DNA from: Callorhinchus milii
Lineage: Eukaryota
Assembly (NCBI RefSeq): GCF_018977255.1
Contig: NW_024704745.1
Location: forward strand, 39,432,001-39,496,000
DNA length: 64,000 nucleotides
Direction: 5' to 3'
Part shown: positions 34,950-48,650 of the stretch, piece after piece
How positions within the stretch are numbered: the first letter of the stretch is position 1
How the letters are laid out: the number at the start of each line of letters is the position of its first letter
Program-made: the position numbers and the translations under genes
Notes under the pieces: model-generated
Databases searched by the model: none
The model's input: the letters and a program-made list of their open reading frames with translations, nothing else
Told to the model about the DNA's origin: nothing

Positions 34950-36440
34950 AACAACAACAACAACTTGGATTTATATAGCGCCCTCCACGCCAGGTGGCGT
35001 CTCAGAGAGCTTCACAGTAACGGATCCTGGAGTCAAGCCAGGAGGAGGGGGAGGAAGGTGACCAAAGACGCGATCGAAAAGAAAGGTCTTCAGCAGAGAT
35101 CTGAAAATAGGAAGAGAGGGAGCGAGGCAAAGGGAGCGAGGAAGGGAGTTCCAGAGCCTCGGGGCGTAGTGGCTGAAGGCACGGCCGCCAATGGTGGAGC
35201 GGAGGATTCGGGGGACAAGGAGGAGGCCAGACTCAGTGGAGCAAAGGCAACGGGCCCTTGTGAGGAGAGAGGAGATCAGAGAGGTAGGGGGGTGTAGAGG
35301 AGTGGAGGGATTTGAAGACAACAGTGAGGATCTTGAAGTCGATCCTCTCTGGGACAGGTGGCCAATGCAGTCTGGTAAGGATTGGGGCAATCGTGGAGCG
35401 GAGTTTGGTGCAGGTAAGAATCCGGGCAGCAGAGTTTTGGATGACCTGGATTTTGTGAATGGTAATGGAGGGGAAACCGACGAGGAGGGCATTTGAATAG
35501 TCCAGCCGAGAGGTGACAAAGGCATGGACCAGGGTTTCAGCAGCTTTTGGAGTGAGGTATTGGCGATGCGTCGTAAGAGGAAGAAAGCAGTAGTGGTGAG
35601 GGACCGGATGTGGGGGAAGAAAGATAATTGGGGGTCGAACCTGATGCCTAGGTTGCATACAGGTTCGGAGAGTTTTAGGGGGAGGTCGGGTAGGTGGAGG
35701 AGGTGAGAACTATGTGATTTTAGACATTGATGAGAGCCAAAGAGTATAGCTTCCATCTTGTCAACATTCAGCTGAAGGAAATTTGCGCTCATCCAGCCCC
35801 TGAGGTCTAACAGGCAGGCTGACAGAACATCAGGAGACTGGGGGTTGCAATGTGAGGTGAAAAAATAGAGTTGGATGTCGTCCGCATACATGTGGAAATG
35901 TACCCCATGTCTGCAGATGACATCCCCAAGAGGGAGCATGTAGATCAGAAAGAGGAGGGGGCCAAGGATGGATCCTTGGGGTACCCCGCAGGTAACCGGG
36001 TGAGAGCAGGAGGAAAGCCATTTGTACAGATGTACCGGTGGCGGTTTGTGAGGTAGGACTCGAACCAGGCGAGTGCGGTCCCACTGAGGTGGATTACGGA
36101 GGAAAGGCGTTGGAGGAGGATGGCGTGATCGACTGTGTCAAAAGCGGCGGAGAGGTCCAGGAGGACAAGGAGGCAGAGGGAGCTCTGGTCACAGATAGAG
36201 AGGATGTCATTTGAGACTTTCACAAGCGCAGTCTCTGTACTGTGGGCAGGGCGGAAGCTGGACTGGAGGGGTTCGAAGAGGGAGTGGGAGGAGAGGTGTG
36301 CACGAAGTTGATTTGCAACAACATGTTCTAGGACTTTTGCAAGGAAGGGCAGGTTAGAAATGGGGTGGTAGTGGCTAGGATTTGAGGGATCTAGGGAAGG
36401 TTTTTTGAGGAGGAGGCTGATTACTCCAATGATGTCAGGG
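34950..36440 (-). mobile_element. L2-clade LINE, 5'-truncated, ~1.5 kb with RT domain, frameshifted
   Basis: LLKKPSLDP..YHPISNLPFLAKVLE, QSSFRPAHSTETAL, LLDLSAAFDTVDH, HMYADDIQLY, AAETLVHAFVTSRLDYSN. (TTG)n tail. Confidence 0.96.
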
Positions 36441-37693
36441 GAGATCACGCATTCACAATTGTGAGAATTTCAAGCATGAGATGTGTGTATAATCAGACCT
36501 TAGTGCATTTTAGCTTTAAATCCTCAAACTGCATAAATAGGAGTCCACCAGCACTTTTTAATCATTTGTTTTATTCCAGTGCATTTCTTTGTAGTGCTTC
36601 AGCTTTTGTTATTCATTAATTCATTACTATATTAAACCATTCTCAATGTAGAAGAGGTTCATAACTTGCACTCTTATCCTGGAAGTCTGTGGCTGATAAA
36701 ATAAATGTTTGAGATTACAAAAAAGCTTGGCACTGCTTGAAGCAGGCAGTTGCTGGCTTTCGGCAAATTGCCATGCTTATCGAATAAGAGAGGAAGTAGT
36801 TGAGTAACAAATAAAGTGAACTTGTGAAAAATTCATGATTGTCATGAATGAAAGGCATCTGAAATCTCAGTTACAACCCGTACGTACAGTCTCTGTATAA
36901 ATTTCAAACAAGCCTTGATTAATGAACATCCAGAAAGGGAGAGGGTCTTATATCTTTTGTGAAAGCCATTAGCCCTATGTTGGTAGCGAAGCAATAAATT
37001 GCATCTCTGGATTATTGCTAGGAAGTGACTCACCCTATGGGAACATAACAGGATTTGTGCTTTCTGTATGTAGAAGAGATGGTGCTGTACTGGTGACTGC
37101 AGTGGATGTCACTGCTTGGCACTCAGAGTAAAAAAGACAAGTGTGTTCATGTGTGCAAGCAACAGCGCTGCGATGTGGAAGCAGGATCCTGCATTATACG
37201 TTATTTCACTTTCATTCACCAGCAAAGAATCAAGCCACCAATGAAGTTAAAGCACCACGACAGTAAAAATGTAAAACACATGTTAAAATATAATGAAGCA
37301 GCTGTGTATTTTTTCAAAAGCATAAAAACCAAAATATATTTTCAAAGCATTCATCGTAATCTGATTTCTTGTGAGAATTAATTATCGAGTCAACAGCATT
37401 TTTCTGTTAAGGACAAAATATTAATAAATTATTACTAGTTTTAAAATTCTAAAATGTTTAAATTGTTATTTTAAAACTCACTGAGAATGTGGTATTAAAT
37501 GGAAACTTTAAAAGGATCTAATTTGCCTAATTTCTTAATTAATAGTAGAGAAATCCTTGAGTTTGATAAACGCCATCTCACTTCAGTAGAACTTTTCATA
37601 GTGCTTCAGAGAATTTACTTTTAAGTGTAGTGACCTATATTTTGCAGGTGAAGACAGCAGTCAATTTGCACACACAGCCACAAAGTGAAAGAC

Positions 37694-38040
37694 AACAACA
37701 ACAAAATTACATTACATAGAACCTTTCACATGGGGAGGACATCCCAAGGCACTGGACAGAGAGTTTTGGACCCAAGCTGATGGTCGGGATAGGGGAGTGT
37801 GGAGGATGGGGGGGAAGCAGGGTGGTCAAAAGCACAGTCGAAGAGGAGGGTCTTGAGATGGGTCTTGAAGGAGACAAGGGAGAGGGTGAGATGCTGGGCT
37901 TGCAGGATCGAGTACCAGAGGCTGGGGGCAGAGTGGCAGAAGGCCCACCTGCCAATGGTGGGGTGAGCGAGGCAGGGGATGTGAAGTAGGCTGGAGCCCA
38001 CTGAGTGGAGGGAGCAGGCAGGATGGTAGGGGGTTAGAAG
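37694..38040 (-). mobile_element. L2 LINE 3' end
   Basis: TIGRWAFCHSAPSLW...FKTHLKTLLFD and (TTG)n tail. Confidence 0.88.
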
Positions 38041-38059
38041 TTTAGGTTAGGTCATATAA

Positions 38060-38545
38060 AATATGATCAATTTTATCTTGTTGGTCAGGACACTTCAAGA
38101 GGACACAGGTTCACAATGTTAAAGGACAATTTCAGGACAGACATCAGGAAGTATTTCTTTAAATAAAAATTAACAGCTAGAATGGCAGGAAGCTTTGTTT
38201 AGACCAGTGGTGGCCAATCCATGGTCTGCGGGCTGCTAATGGCCCATGGAGCTGTCAAGAAGTGGCCTGCCGAACATTCTCACTAGTCTAGGTGAGTCTG
38301 TTTTAAATCGATAGTGTGTTTCCAGTATTTTCTTGATTGAATGTTTCTTAATTTATGGCATATATCAAAAAATATTCCATTAAGAACGTGTATTTTGTTG
38401 GCCAACCAAAAATGTTAGCCACCACTGGTTTAGTCCAAGATAAAAACACGTTTAAGAAAGAGAAAAAAGGGAAAGGTACTACAGTGGGCATTCAAATGAA
38501 GAACTGAAGAATCTTCCTTATCTAAACCTCTCTTTGTGATCTTAC
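38060..38545 (+). mobile_element. Old CR1 3' fragment interrupted by a MITE
   Basis: agaggacacaggttcac...gacatcaggaagtatttcttt (TRGH..K..RTD.RKYFF-like), apparently continuing after 38435. Confidence 0.55.
38205..38427. mobile_element. hAT-Charlie-type MITE (223 bp)
   Basis: TIRs cagtggtggccaa / ttagccaccactg (12/13). 8-bp TSD gtttagac (38197-38204) / gtttagtc (38428-38435). Confidence 0.85.
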
Positions 38546-38636
38546 AAATCCAAGTTGCACAAAGAGGGACTCATTTCAACTGGAAGTGGAGTTTGTGCAG
38601 ATCAATAGGAATTACAATATGATCCCATACTAAGAA

Positions 38637-38780
38637 ATGATAATAATAATAATCCTTGCATTTGATATTATCACATCTTCGAGACGTCTCAAAGCGCTTC
38701 ACAGAATATACTGTAAGGTGAATTGACTGTATATTTTGTCGGCAAAACATGGCAACCAATTGCGTACAGCAGTGTCCCAT
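38637..38780 (-). mobile_element. SINE 3' half
   Basis: Reverse tail taataataatccttgcatttgatat...caattgcgtacagcagtgtccca. Confidence 0.85.
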
Positions 38781-41700
38781 TAAGAAATATAGGACAACCC
38801 TATTATAAATGAGTGCATTGGAGTCACACAAGTAGACCTTGTGTTATAATGGATCTACAAAGAAAAATGGCAGGCTGTCCTGATTCTGGATCATTGGGTT
38901 GCTGCTGAAATCACTTCCTGAGCGCTGCACTTGCACAAGAGGCACCATTGACATGACTTTGTGCGCAACATGCAGGAAATGACATCAGTGATGCATCCTG
39001 TGCACATAACATGCAGGAAGTAACATCAGCCATGATGATAGGTAGCCTTTTCCAGCACAGAAACTGGGCTAGTCAGTTCCAGTAGCCAGATATACCATAC
39101 GTCTAGTATGCACAGGCACCTAGTAAACCTATACTATAAGTGAACCCTTGATCAACCTTGACAAATTCCAACTTTGTGTCTATCACGTGAAGCATCCTAC
39201 TTTATATTTATGGGACTAGAAGCCTCAGAATCATCAGTTTAATCCAACATTCAGCAAATTGTAAAAAGATTTGTGAACCCTGAACACAGAATAGTCACAT
39301 AAATCAGTCACATGACTCAATCCTTACTGGTAGTGAAATGCTCTTAAACTCATGGGCTCCAAGAACGAAGCACATTTTAAAATAGTTCAGAATAAATGTA
39401 TGAACCAAAATCTGGCAACATGCCCAAAATTACAGATTTTTTTGGCATGAATTTGTGCATTTCAGAAAGGATTTCATTAATAGCAAGAACATTATGAACA
39501 TTCTGTGTTGCCTGGGTTTGTTGTAGTAAAAACTGCACTATTTTGCTTCCATTAATAAAATGATGTCTAAGTCACAAAATGACTTATGTTGGTATTTCAC
39601 AGTCACGGTGTGCTTGCTTATGTACATTGCTGTCACATTTGCCCTGAAATTTCATCTATTCTTATGCTTGTCTTAAACATTTTGGATTGCACTGGATTCT
39701 TAAATTTAGTCTGAATTTGGAAAACGTTTCTTTTTAGAACAGTAGGAAAACTGCATCCAAATTAACATTGAATTTAATATTTTTTGTACATTTCTGCTCA
39801 ATGTTAAATCTTAAGACAAAATGGTCTTTCAGGCTAAGGCAAGGTGAAATTTCAATGTGCGCACGTACGTTTGGCACAGTTAGAACATATTGGGGTTGCA
39901 TATGTAGTATTCATAAACTAGATGCTGCTGCATGAATCATAACCTTAGGTTTGCATTCATAGCTTGGTTGTCCTTTTTGTTGAAAAGTACACAAAAAGTC
40001 AGAAAGAAAAACAATATACACAAAATGGGCTTTATTTGCCTTTGGAGTTATAATTTGCTAGTTTTTTTTAATGTAATTTCCTATTGAATTTGAAGAGAAT
40101 GCTACAGCTAGTGCAGTGATTGGGTTAGGAATAATGCATTTTCAACCCCAATGTTTCTATTGGAATATATTATTTGTATGAAGTAAGTCAGGCTGTCATA
40201 ACATATTTCCATCAGTGTAACACTGCATTGAGCTCTGCTGAAGCTGTGGTCTCTAATTATTATTCAGGCAGAATTTAATCTGGATGCCTGCCTTGTTGCA
40301 TTTTGAAGTGAATTATTTTGGATCTAAGAAAACAGTCTGACCAAAACATGGATACAACTAAATTGAGTTTCTGTAAACCCGTGAGGGTTTGTTGTGCAAA
40401 ATAATAAAACAGTTTTCATCAGGAGCTTATCTCACTTAGGTTTGAACCATTTTACTGAATTATAACAAAGCTCTTTCTGGGACTGGGGTTGATAGTGTGT
40501 CATAACAAGACTTTGTTTTAATAATAGTCTGTAATAACAACTTTATACTATGTAGAACTTTGAATCAAAGTCAGGCAGCATTCAGCATAGGGTGTGGTGG
40601 AGTGAAGCTGGCTACATCTGAAGTGAGAGCAGCACATCTGAATGGGTGTGTCAGCCAGACACACCTCCAAGCTCCAATGCCCTGAGGTACATATAGTCCA
40701 AAGCTTTCATACCACAGCAGCAAAACTCGAAGAAGTCTTTTGTTCAGGTGCCAGTATTCATGGAGACAACTAGCATTTGATATTTAAGTGACAAACCAAG
40801 ATTAAATCAGGCAAATCCACAGTGGTGTGCATGTGATGCTGCAGTGGTTCACGGGAAAGAAAATTAAGTTGAAACATTTTTGCTCCTCTCTTTTCCAAAG
40901 AGTTTCTCAACATATTATTTTATGACTTTACAGTACTTTACAGCAGCCAGTCCAAGTGAATTATCCTACAATTCCTACAAATAGTCAAATCTGAATAGTT
41001 AAGTAGGTTCTTCAACTGAAGTCTAGATTTAATGTAAGAATCAGCAACTGCTACAAGGACTGGCTCCAGGGTATACTGGCAGGTACAAGAAGATCATTTG
41101 TCTCAGTAATATACCACAAATGTGGAATATTTTTGATATCTGGCAATGTTCCATATTACTTTTGCATTCTATCCCCAACAGCTATACAAGTAATTGAAGT
41201 AACAAAATTCATAATGTGTCACATCCGCATGGGTCAAAGGTTTCTGCCTGATCTACTGTCAAACCCATGTGGACACAGTGGATTCCCGTTATTAACTTTC
41301 AATTTTCCAGCTGAAAAAATTGACCAAAGCAGGAATTCACAACCAATGCAGTATTTTTTCTTCAGAATTAACATTCAAAGCAAACTTCTGAAATGAAGTC
41401 TGTTTGGAATAAATCAGCCAAGTCTTGGTGTGGCTTCAACTTAAATTTTTTTGATAAACATTTCAATTGCCCCAATTATTTTTAAGGCATTTCCAAAAGC
41501 TTGCGCGTACTGGTGTGAGAGGCAAAGTATGTATGAACCATAAATATGTCTGAAATATTTGTGTAAAAAAGTGCGAGATGTGCCAATAAACAATTATATC
41601 AGATTTAAAAGAAATTAAACATTTACAGATAACAGTTAGGATATTAGAAACTAGCTAAGGGGCTAAATAATATTTTTACGAATGTTGGCTCCAAAACCAA

Positions 41701-42289
41701 TGTAAACAATGATTTGTACTGCCAATTCCTTCTTCTCAAGATAATATGTGTTGTATGTGCACCCATCCTTAGACTGCTAGGGAAAAAGGATAGATATTCA
41801 CCATTACATTATCAGATAAAATTCAAATAAAAATATATTTTAAAAAAGTTATTGCCATGGCTCTGAGAATACATAGCAGCTGTCTTCTAAGCAGCACAGT
41901 AACAATAAACATGTGATTCAATTAGGAACATTGTGCAGACCAGTAAGATTTCAAAAAATATTTTAAAAATTAAAATGCTGTGTTGCATTTGTTTTAATTT
42001 TACAGTATTCTGAAAAAAAAAGTTCTTGAGTTCAAACCCAGCCCAGAACAATAGTGTCTTTTGACTGACATTGATAGACTTGACATTTTTCACCATTGTA
42101 AGGATATTGTCTTAAAAATTTTGAAAAAATTGCACGTTCCACTTTAATTTTGTTTTTCCACAGCTCTTTTTAAGAACTGCAGAAATTCGCTTTCTGAATT
42201 AAGATTGATATTAAGAAATTTCTAAAATTATGTACAATCTTAAATTTTAAGACAATGTTCATAAGGCTAAAAACAGATCATCTTCAAGT

Positions 42290-42640
42290 TCTTCGCACTT
42301 GTCTTCAAATCCTTTCATACCCTAGCACCTCAATACCTCTCCGACCTGCTTACTACCTACTCCCCACTCCCCACTCCACTTGGCTGGTTCTGGGCTCCTT
42401 GTCCCCTCTACTTCACCATTGGAAGTCGTGCTATCAGCCACTATGATCAAAAACTTTAGCACTCTCCCTCAATTTCTCCACTTAGCCTCCTCACTCCTCA
42501 TTTTCACATTGTCTCTGAATGCCTTCTTCTTCAACTTTGCCTACGGTCACCTTCCCTGGCTTAGCATCAGGCTCTGCCACTGTTAAACTCTCCGAGAAGC
42601 TACTTTGTGTGAAGGGCGCTATGTAAGTGGTAGTTGCTTT
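42290..42640 (+). mobile_element. Old L2 3' end
   Basis: tcttcaaatcc...caccattgg...gtgaagggcgctatgtaag tail. Confidence 0.65.
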
Positions 42641-42869
42641 TGTAAAACCATAATAAATCTTGGGCCTCAAATTGGCTCAAAAAAACCTTGGTGTGGGAAG
42701 GAATTGTTACCATGGAGCAATTGAGGCTACTCTCCCTAAATCATATCGTTGAGGTAGGAGTAAACCAATAAAGAACAGCAGCAGAACTCCAAGGCAGGGA
42801 TGTCTTGGTCCTTCCACCAGAATAGAATGTGCAGAGGCAGCCCCCTCCTCTCCATACCCCACACCCGCC

Positions 42870-43378
42870 CGTGTCCTCTCCCACACCAGGCTCCATGACC
42901 CCTACCCTCGCCTGGGTCCACTAGCTCCCCATCCCTCAGAGGACAGAGTTCAAAATCCTCGTCTTCACATTCAAAGCCCTCCACAGCCTTGGTTCTTCCT
43001 ACCTGATAACCCCATATCAACCTGTCAGCTCCCTCCACTCAGCAAGCTCTGGCCTGCTTCACATCCCATGCCAGGTCCACCCCACTATTGGTGGTTGGGC
43101 CTTCAGCCTCTCTGACTCCAACCTTTGGAACTCCATCCCACAATCCCTTCACCATGCTCCCTCCCTTGCCTCCTTCAAGACACGTCTCAAGACCCACCTC
43201 TTTGACTGCGCCTTCAGCCACCCTCCTACCCATACCCTCCCTGCCAACCATTAGCACCCCCCAACCCCAGCCCCCACCCAATCCCAAGCCCTGCTCAGGT
43301 CCAAATCGCTGACTGTCCAATGCCTTGGAACATTCTCCCTAACTGAAAGGCGCTATACAAATCTAATTTGTTGTTGTA
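42870..43378 (+). mobile_element. L2 3' end
   Basis: ttcaaaatcctc...ttcaaagccctcca...ccttcaagacacgtctcaagacccacctc...gaaaggcgctatacaaatctaatttgttgttg. Confidence 0.85.
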
Positions 43379-44302
43379 GTTGGATCAGAATATTAACGTG
43401 TTGCAGTTTTTCTTCTGTGTCAGGAATTTTTCCAGGTAAATAAATATTCTGGATATCAATAAATACATATTTTGTTTAAAAAAAGGCCACCTTACTTTTC
43501 ATCTGGTTAATATATAATATATAAACTGGGAATACTGGTACAGACACTCCAAACAGGAAAAATATTCCCTTTCTCAGTGCTGGCATCTTCTACCTCATTA
43601 AATACAACATTCACCGAAAAAGTTTTAAAATCCTGTTGTAGTTCACCCATTCTGTTGATGGGCCATGGTGGATTTGTATAGTTGTATATCACCCAATAGG
43701 GTGTTTCTGCTGATATTAATCTTTATTCAGCATCAATAAAGATCAGACTGAGACTCTCAGATAGCATACAGCAACTGGTGAATGTATGAAGAAGAATTGT
43801 GCTCCACATGTCAATGATGCAAATTTAGTAACTTTACTGGAGTCCACTTATAATCAGATTTTCTAATGGGATTGTCAACAATCTTAGTGTCTGAAGGATA
43901 CGTAAAAATAAAATTGCAACACTATCTCCATTCTTACAATTTTATAACACCATTACTAGTGTATCTAAGGAATTATCTGAGGTACACCCTACATTAAGTA
44001 CAAAATATAGGCCACTGTTTACCAGAATCTCCAGCTAAGGGAGTTAATCTTTTCCTGCTAAAAGGCTTAAAACCTTTCCATTCATCTAAACCTCCTCCTT
44101 TGCAATCCTATATGGCATGCTAAGAATTTTAATAATAGAAGGATGAGATATTAGCACTATACCTAAGCTCTGACTGATGTATGGTGTTTGTTTTCTCTTA
44201 CTGTCTGCCTTGAACACTGTTTGGGTAGCTGAACAGTGGAACCCCTACGAGTACTGAGTTGCAATTTGTTTCACACACAGTCTGTGTGTGAAACAAATCT
44301 GT

Positions 44303-44770
44303 GTGTCAGGCTGGCTCAGTTGATAGCATTCTTGCCTCTAAGTCAGAAGCTTGTGGATTCAAGCACCAAATCAGGACTTGGAGCTCGTGCAATCTAAGCT
44401 GACACTCCAGTGCAATCCTGGCATGTATTGCATGTTGGAGGTACTTCGTACAAAATGTTAAACTGAGGCTATATCTGCCTATTCAGGTAAAATATCAGGT
44501 TAAAGATCCCATGGTACTATTGGAAAAGAGAAGGGAGTTTCTCCTGGTGTCCTGGCCAATAATTCCCCTGAATAAAATTGGTCATTTACTTCATGGTTGT
44601 TTGTGGGATATTGCTGTGTGGAAATTGGTGCCACATTTGCCACAAGTTGGTCCCACAAAAACACACCGAGTCACTTCACTTTAGACAATATCCTGTGAAA
44701 CGCTTTGGGACATCCTCCCGACATGAAAGGTGGTATATGAAATGTAAGAGGTATTATTAATATTATTATC
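44303..44770 (+). mobile_element. Deu-domain SINE, full length
   Basis: gtcaggctggctcagttgatagc head, Deu core (taaagatcccatgg..ggagtttctcctggtgtcctggccaat) and tail. Confidence 0.88.
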
Positions 44771-47700
44771 TGTATCCCAATTTACACCAAATTATCTCTG
44801 ATATCTAAAATTATAAAATGAATCTAGTTTAACAGAATTGTTTTCTCCAGGTGAAATGACACTTCTTTATTATAGAATAACAAAATGCTGCAAAGTTCTC
44901 AAAGAGTTAATTTCCCAAGATTTGGACACGTTTAAAAGGCCAGTAGTTCAGTTATAGGTTATAGTGAGATATTTGTGCTTGCCCCTAGTTTGCTTAAAGA
45001 AAGGCACATGACTAGACTGACTGGCTGCATGCTTCCCAAACCAAAGACATTAATTACCATTTGTTGTTTATTGTGACTAGGAGACTGATGTCACATTAGC
45101 CCATTTGGTGTTGCTAAACAAATATGGTTATGTTAGGATTGATCATTCCCTGTTGCTAAGCTTTTAATGTCACATTGGGGTCAATTAAGCAATGCAGTTG
45201 ATATTTCTCACATGGAAAGTGTCAGGATGCGGAGGCAGACTTTCGTGATGCACAGGCAATAGTCATCTGACTCATGGATCTTGGCATTTGACAGCTGGCC
45301 ACCTACTTTTTACTGAATGAAAAATTAATAGCTCAATTCTGGGATCCAGGAGCTGAGGGTCCAATGCCAAAGGTCTGGCTTCACAGATATTGCCATTGTG
45401 AATGGCATCATAGGTCCACAGCCAATGTATTCCAGGTACATTCATTATGCTAGATATTTGTTAAATTGTAGATATATTTGGGATTGCCAGTTGTAAACAC
45501 CCTACATTTTGGTCAGAATCACTGCATTAGCTTTTCAGGTCTCACTGCAAAATATGGATTTAACTTAATCTTATATTAAAAAATTATTGTAGTAAACTGG
45601 CAGAAAAAGGTTTAGACTTTGGTGAGAAAACTGAAGTATATAAACTTCCACCTGCAAATGCCAACTCTTAAGTTTTGGTAACACAGAGGCAATCTAATTG
45701 GAAGAAGCATGATCCAACAAACAAAATCATTTGTTGGATCCTGGGCTTCCATCTCACCTGTGGTTCTTAGAAGAAATGCTGTTCCATATATCTGTGAACT
45801 TCAACAAAGTTCTCCAACGCTGAGATGTTGCTGAAAAGTTATAAGCGAGCATTCAGACGTTTTGTCCCCACTCTCATAACACTGGTTTTAATTTTGCTAG
45901 CACTGTCTTATTTTTCATTTGTATTTTTCACTGTGTATTTGTTTACTTTATTGCTCCCATCTGGCCAGCCAGCCAGCTCACGGACATCTCCATTGCCATA
46001 TTAATTGTAGCTGTTTGATGCTATGAATTGGTTGGGCAGATTTTGTCACCAGTAATTCTCCCACTCTGAGTTATGATCTCAACCACAGGATTAGGAGGTA
46101 GCAAGCAGAGTTCAAGAATTTCCCCACAGAGGATGACGACTGCTTAATATCATTTTGATATTACCTAACTAATTAATCTTGGCTTATCTTGTTCATCTTA
46201 TCTTTCAACCTTCTAGTTTTCTGTGTTATTAATCATTATTCTTCACCCAACCTCTCAAAATGAAGAAAGCATTCAGCAGTCTGAACAGAAACTTTTGCTC
46301 ATCAGTGTCCAGTTTAACAGTTGAACAATGGTTTTGAATATGGGAAGGGAAATCCAATAGAAAGTCATCATCTTCAGAAGTCGATGTTCCATCGATGACT
46401 ATGATGTACCATTACTTTCAATCTTGTAGAAGGTTCACAGCCAGCTTGTTCCGCCCTATTGGTGGAGGAGGCTCAGGATGACCTAAGCGTGAGGAAAATA
46501 TAAATAATTACAAATCAAGAGATGGTCTTCAATAAATACCAATGTCAAAATATTTACATGGAACATTTTTGGGGCGAACTCTCAGAGTATAATACGCACA
46601 CTGAGACTTTCTCTTTTTGTCAGTTTACAAAAAGTAAGTAGGTGCTAAATAGTTAAAGATTGTTTTATACCTGATTAAAATCACTGACCATAAAGGCTAA
46701 AAGCAGGCATAAAATCAATTTTTTCCCATTGCTCTGCAAATTCTATTTCCTACTTCTCCTCTTTCAGTGTCTGGCTCTAAAAGACTGATGGTTTATCAGG
46801 AAATCACCAGCCATCAAAGTCAGAGGCCTCAAGATGTGATAACAATTGCCATCAGCACGCATGGGCTCTCCGCCAATGTCTGGTGTTCTGGCGCTGTCAC
46901 CGGAGGAGGTCTCAGCTAAGTGCAGTTATAAATACATCAGGCCCTGTTAAAAAATAAACTGACACAGGAATAAACTACGGCAGTTCACAAAGTAAGGAAA
47001 TGGAGAGGTAATTTGGCTTTGTAATTGTACCCTATTCAGACAGAATCTCTTCAAAACTTGAAGGAAAGAGATCATAATGGCTTTAGTCTGCTGCTGGGGC
47101 CATTTACCAGAGCTGAGCTGCTGGCAGTGTGAATTGTTTAAATAGTGTTAGGAAACCCCTGCAAAGAGTTGCCATGTAAGGTTCTTTGTCAGAATCTTTT
47201 TTAACTATGACTGTAAGAAGTTCCTTTATTACATTTATATTTCAGTATATGATTTTCCCAATAAAATAATCAAGACAATCATGGGAAGTGGAAGGTTGGG
47301 TGTATGTATATGTTTGTGTGTGGTGTAGGGATTTCTGTTTTTTTCATGAAAACAATTGGGTACCACCAAGCTGCTCCCCCCTACTGACACAAAAGACTGC
47401 AAAGGTCCTAACTAATTGAAATTGGTCAAAATGTGAGTTCAGTCAGATTCATGGGCTTCTCACTGGGAATTCAAACCAGCTGTTATCGTACCTTTCAACA
47501 AACAAAACATTCTTGTCATTTCCAATTCACGTCACATCAATTAAGCAGCAAGTTCTGTCTTCTGCAAGCTTCCAAATTACAAACCAGCCCAGGTGCCCAA
47601 AAGTCTCTGGCAGTCATGCTGAATGTGCATCAGTGATAAAGTATATTGTTTTGAAAAAAATGTTTGCAGCCATTAACACTGAAGGGAATTGCCGTGAACT

Positions 47701-48509
47701 CTCTAGTGCACTAAAGCTTTATTCCAGGGAAGTCTCTAAAATATAAAACATTTAGACATCAAGACTAACAACTGTTTTAAGACACTTTCCTAATCTCTCT
47801 AACTTTCAATCTACACAACTCTTTCTGACAAGATGTTGCAGCATTTCTAAAGAGGTGCTTCTAAAATCAATGCCATTTGATGTAGGAAAAACAAAGGCTC
47901 TTTATGCTTGAGGTCAGAGAACATGCAACCAATACAAGGTATATCTGACACATAAAAAAAGGGTTAAGAGGAAAAAATGACTAATTTGTTCTTACTCTAC
48001 AGGGGACTTTGCATAAAGCAAAAGTCCATTAATATACGGTTTATACAAGGCCTATGTTTGACTCTATGCATCAAAGTGCAAAGAGAGAAACATGATGTTT
48101 GGTTACTTAATATCTTGTTATCAACCAGGCTCCTGCTGGAGATTAATCTTGTAAGTAGTTTCTATTAGTTTCTACTTGTTTTATCATTAATCATACACCC
48201 ACGAGCATCTGTTTCTCTTTATCCCTCTTCCTCTATTCAATTTCATTTGTTTCTGACTAGGCTGGACAGCTTAATACTGGTCCTGTGAAAATACATGAGA
48301 ATATGACTCACAAATTTGAAAAAGAATTCAGTGTCAACATGATAATCCACAGTCTGAAGGAGACTTTCACTTACAATTACCACTAAAGTTATAAAATATT
48401 CCAAATATCGTTGTCCTTAATAAGAATTTTTTGAAAGTGTTTGCCACATAATGCATGAGCTGAAAGCTGAAATCCGAGAGTCCACTCTAATCCACTAAAA
48501 AGCAATAGT

Positions 48510-48650
48510 ACAACAACAACTAACATTTATAGAGTGTTCTTCAGGTAGCATAAAGTCTCAGAGCACTTCACAAAGACAGGGTCAGATTCTGAACAAGGGA
48601 GAAGGATGAGAGGAGGTGACCATTGACACTATCAAAGAGGTAGGTCTTTA
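48510..48650 (-). mobile_element. L2 3' tail fragment
   Basis: caacaacaac..atttatagag...tctcagagcacttcaca...ggaggtgacc, similar to the tail at 34950. Confidence 0.6.

Noticed and set aside
34971-36448. Functional reverse transcriptase gene or domesticated retroelement
   Set aside because: 5'-truncated, no endonuclease, several frameshifts: an ordinary dead L2 copy.
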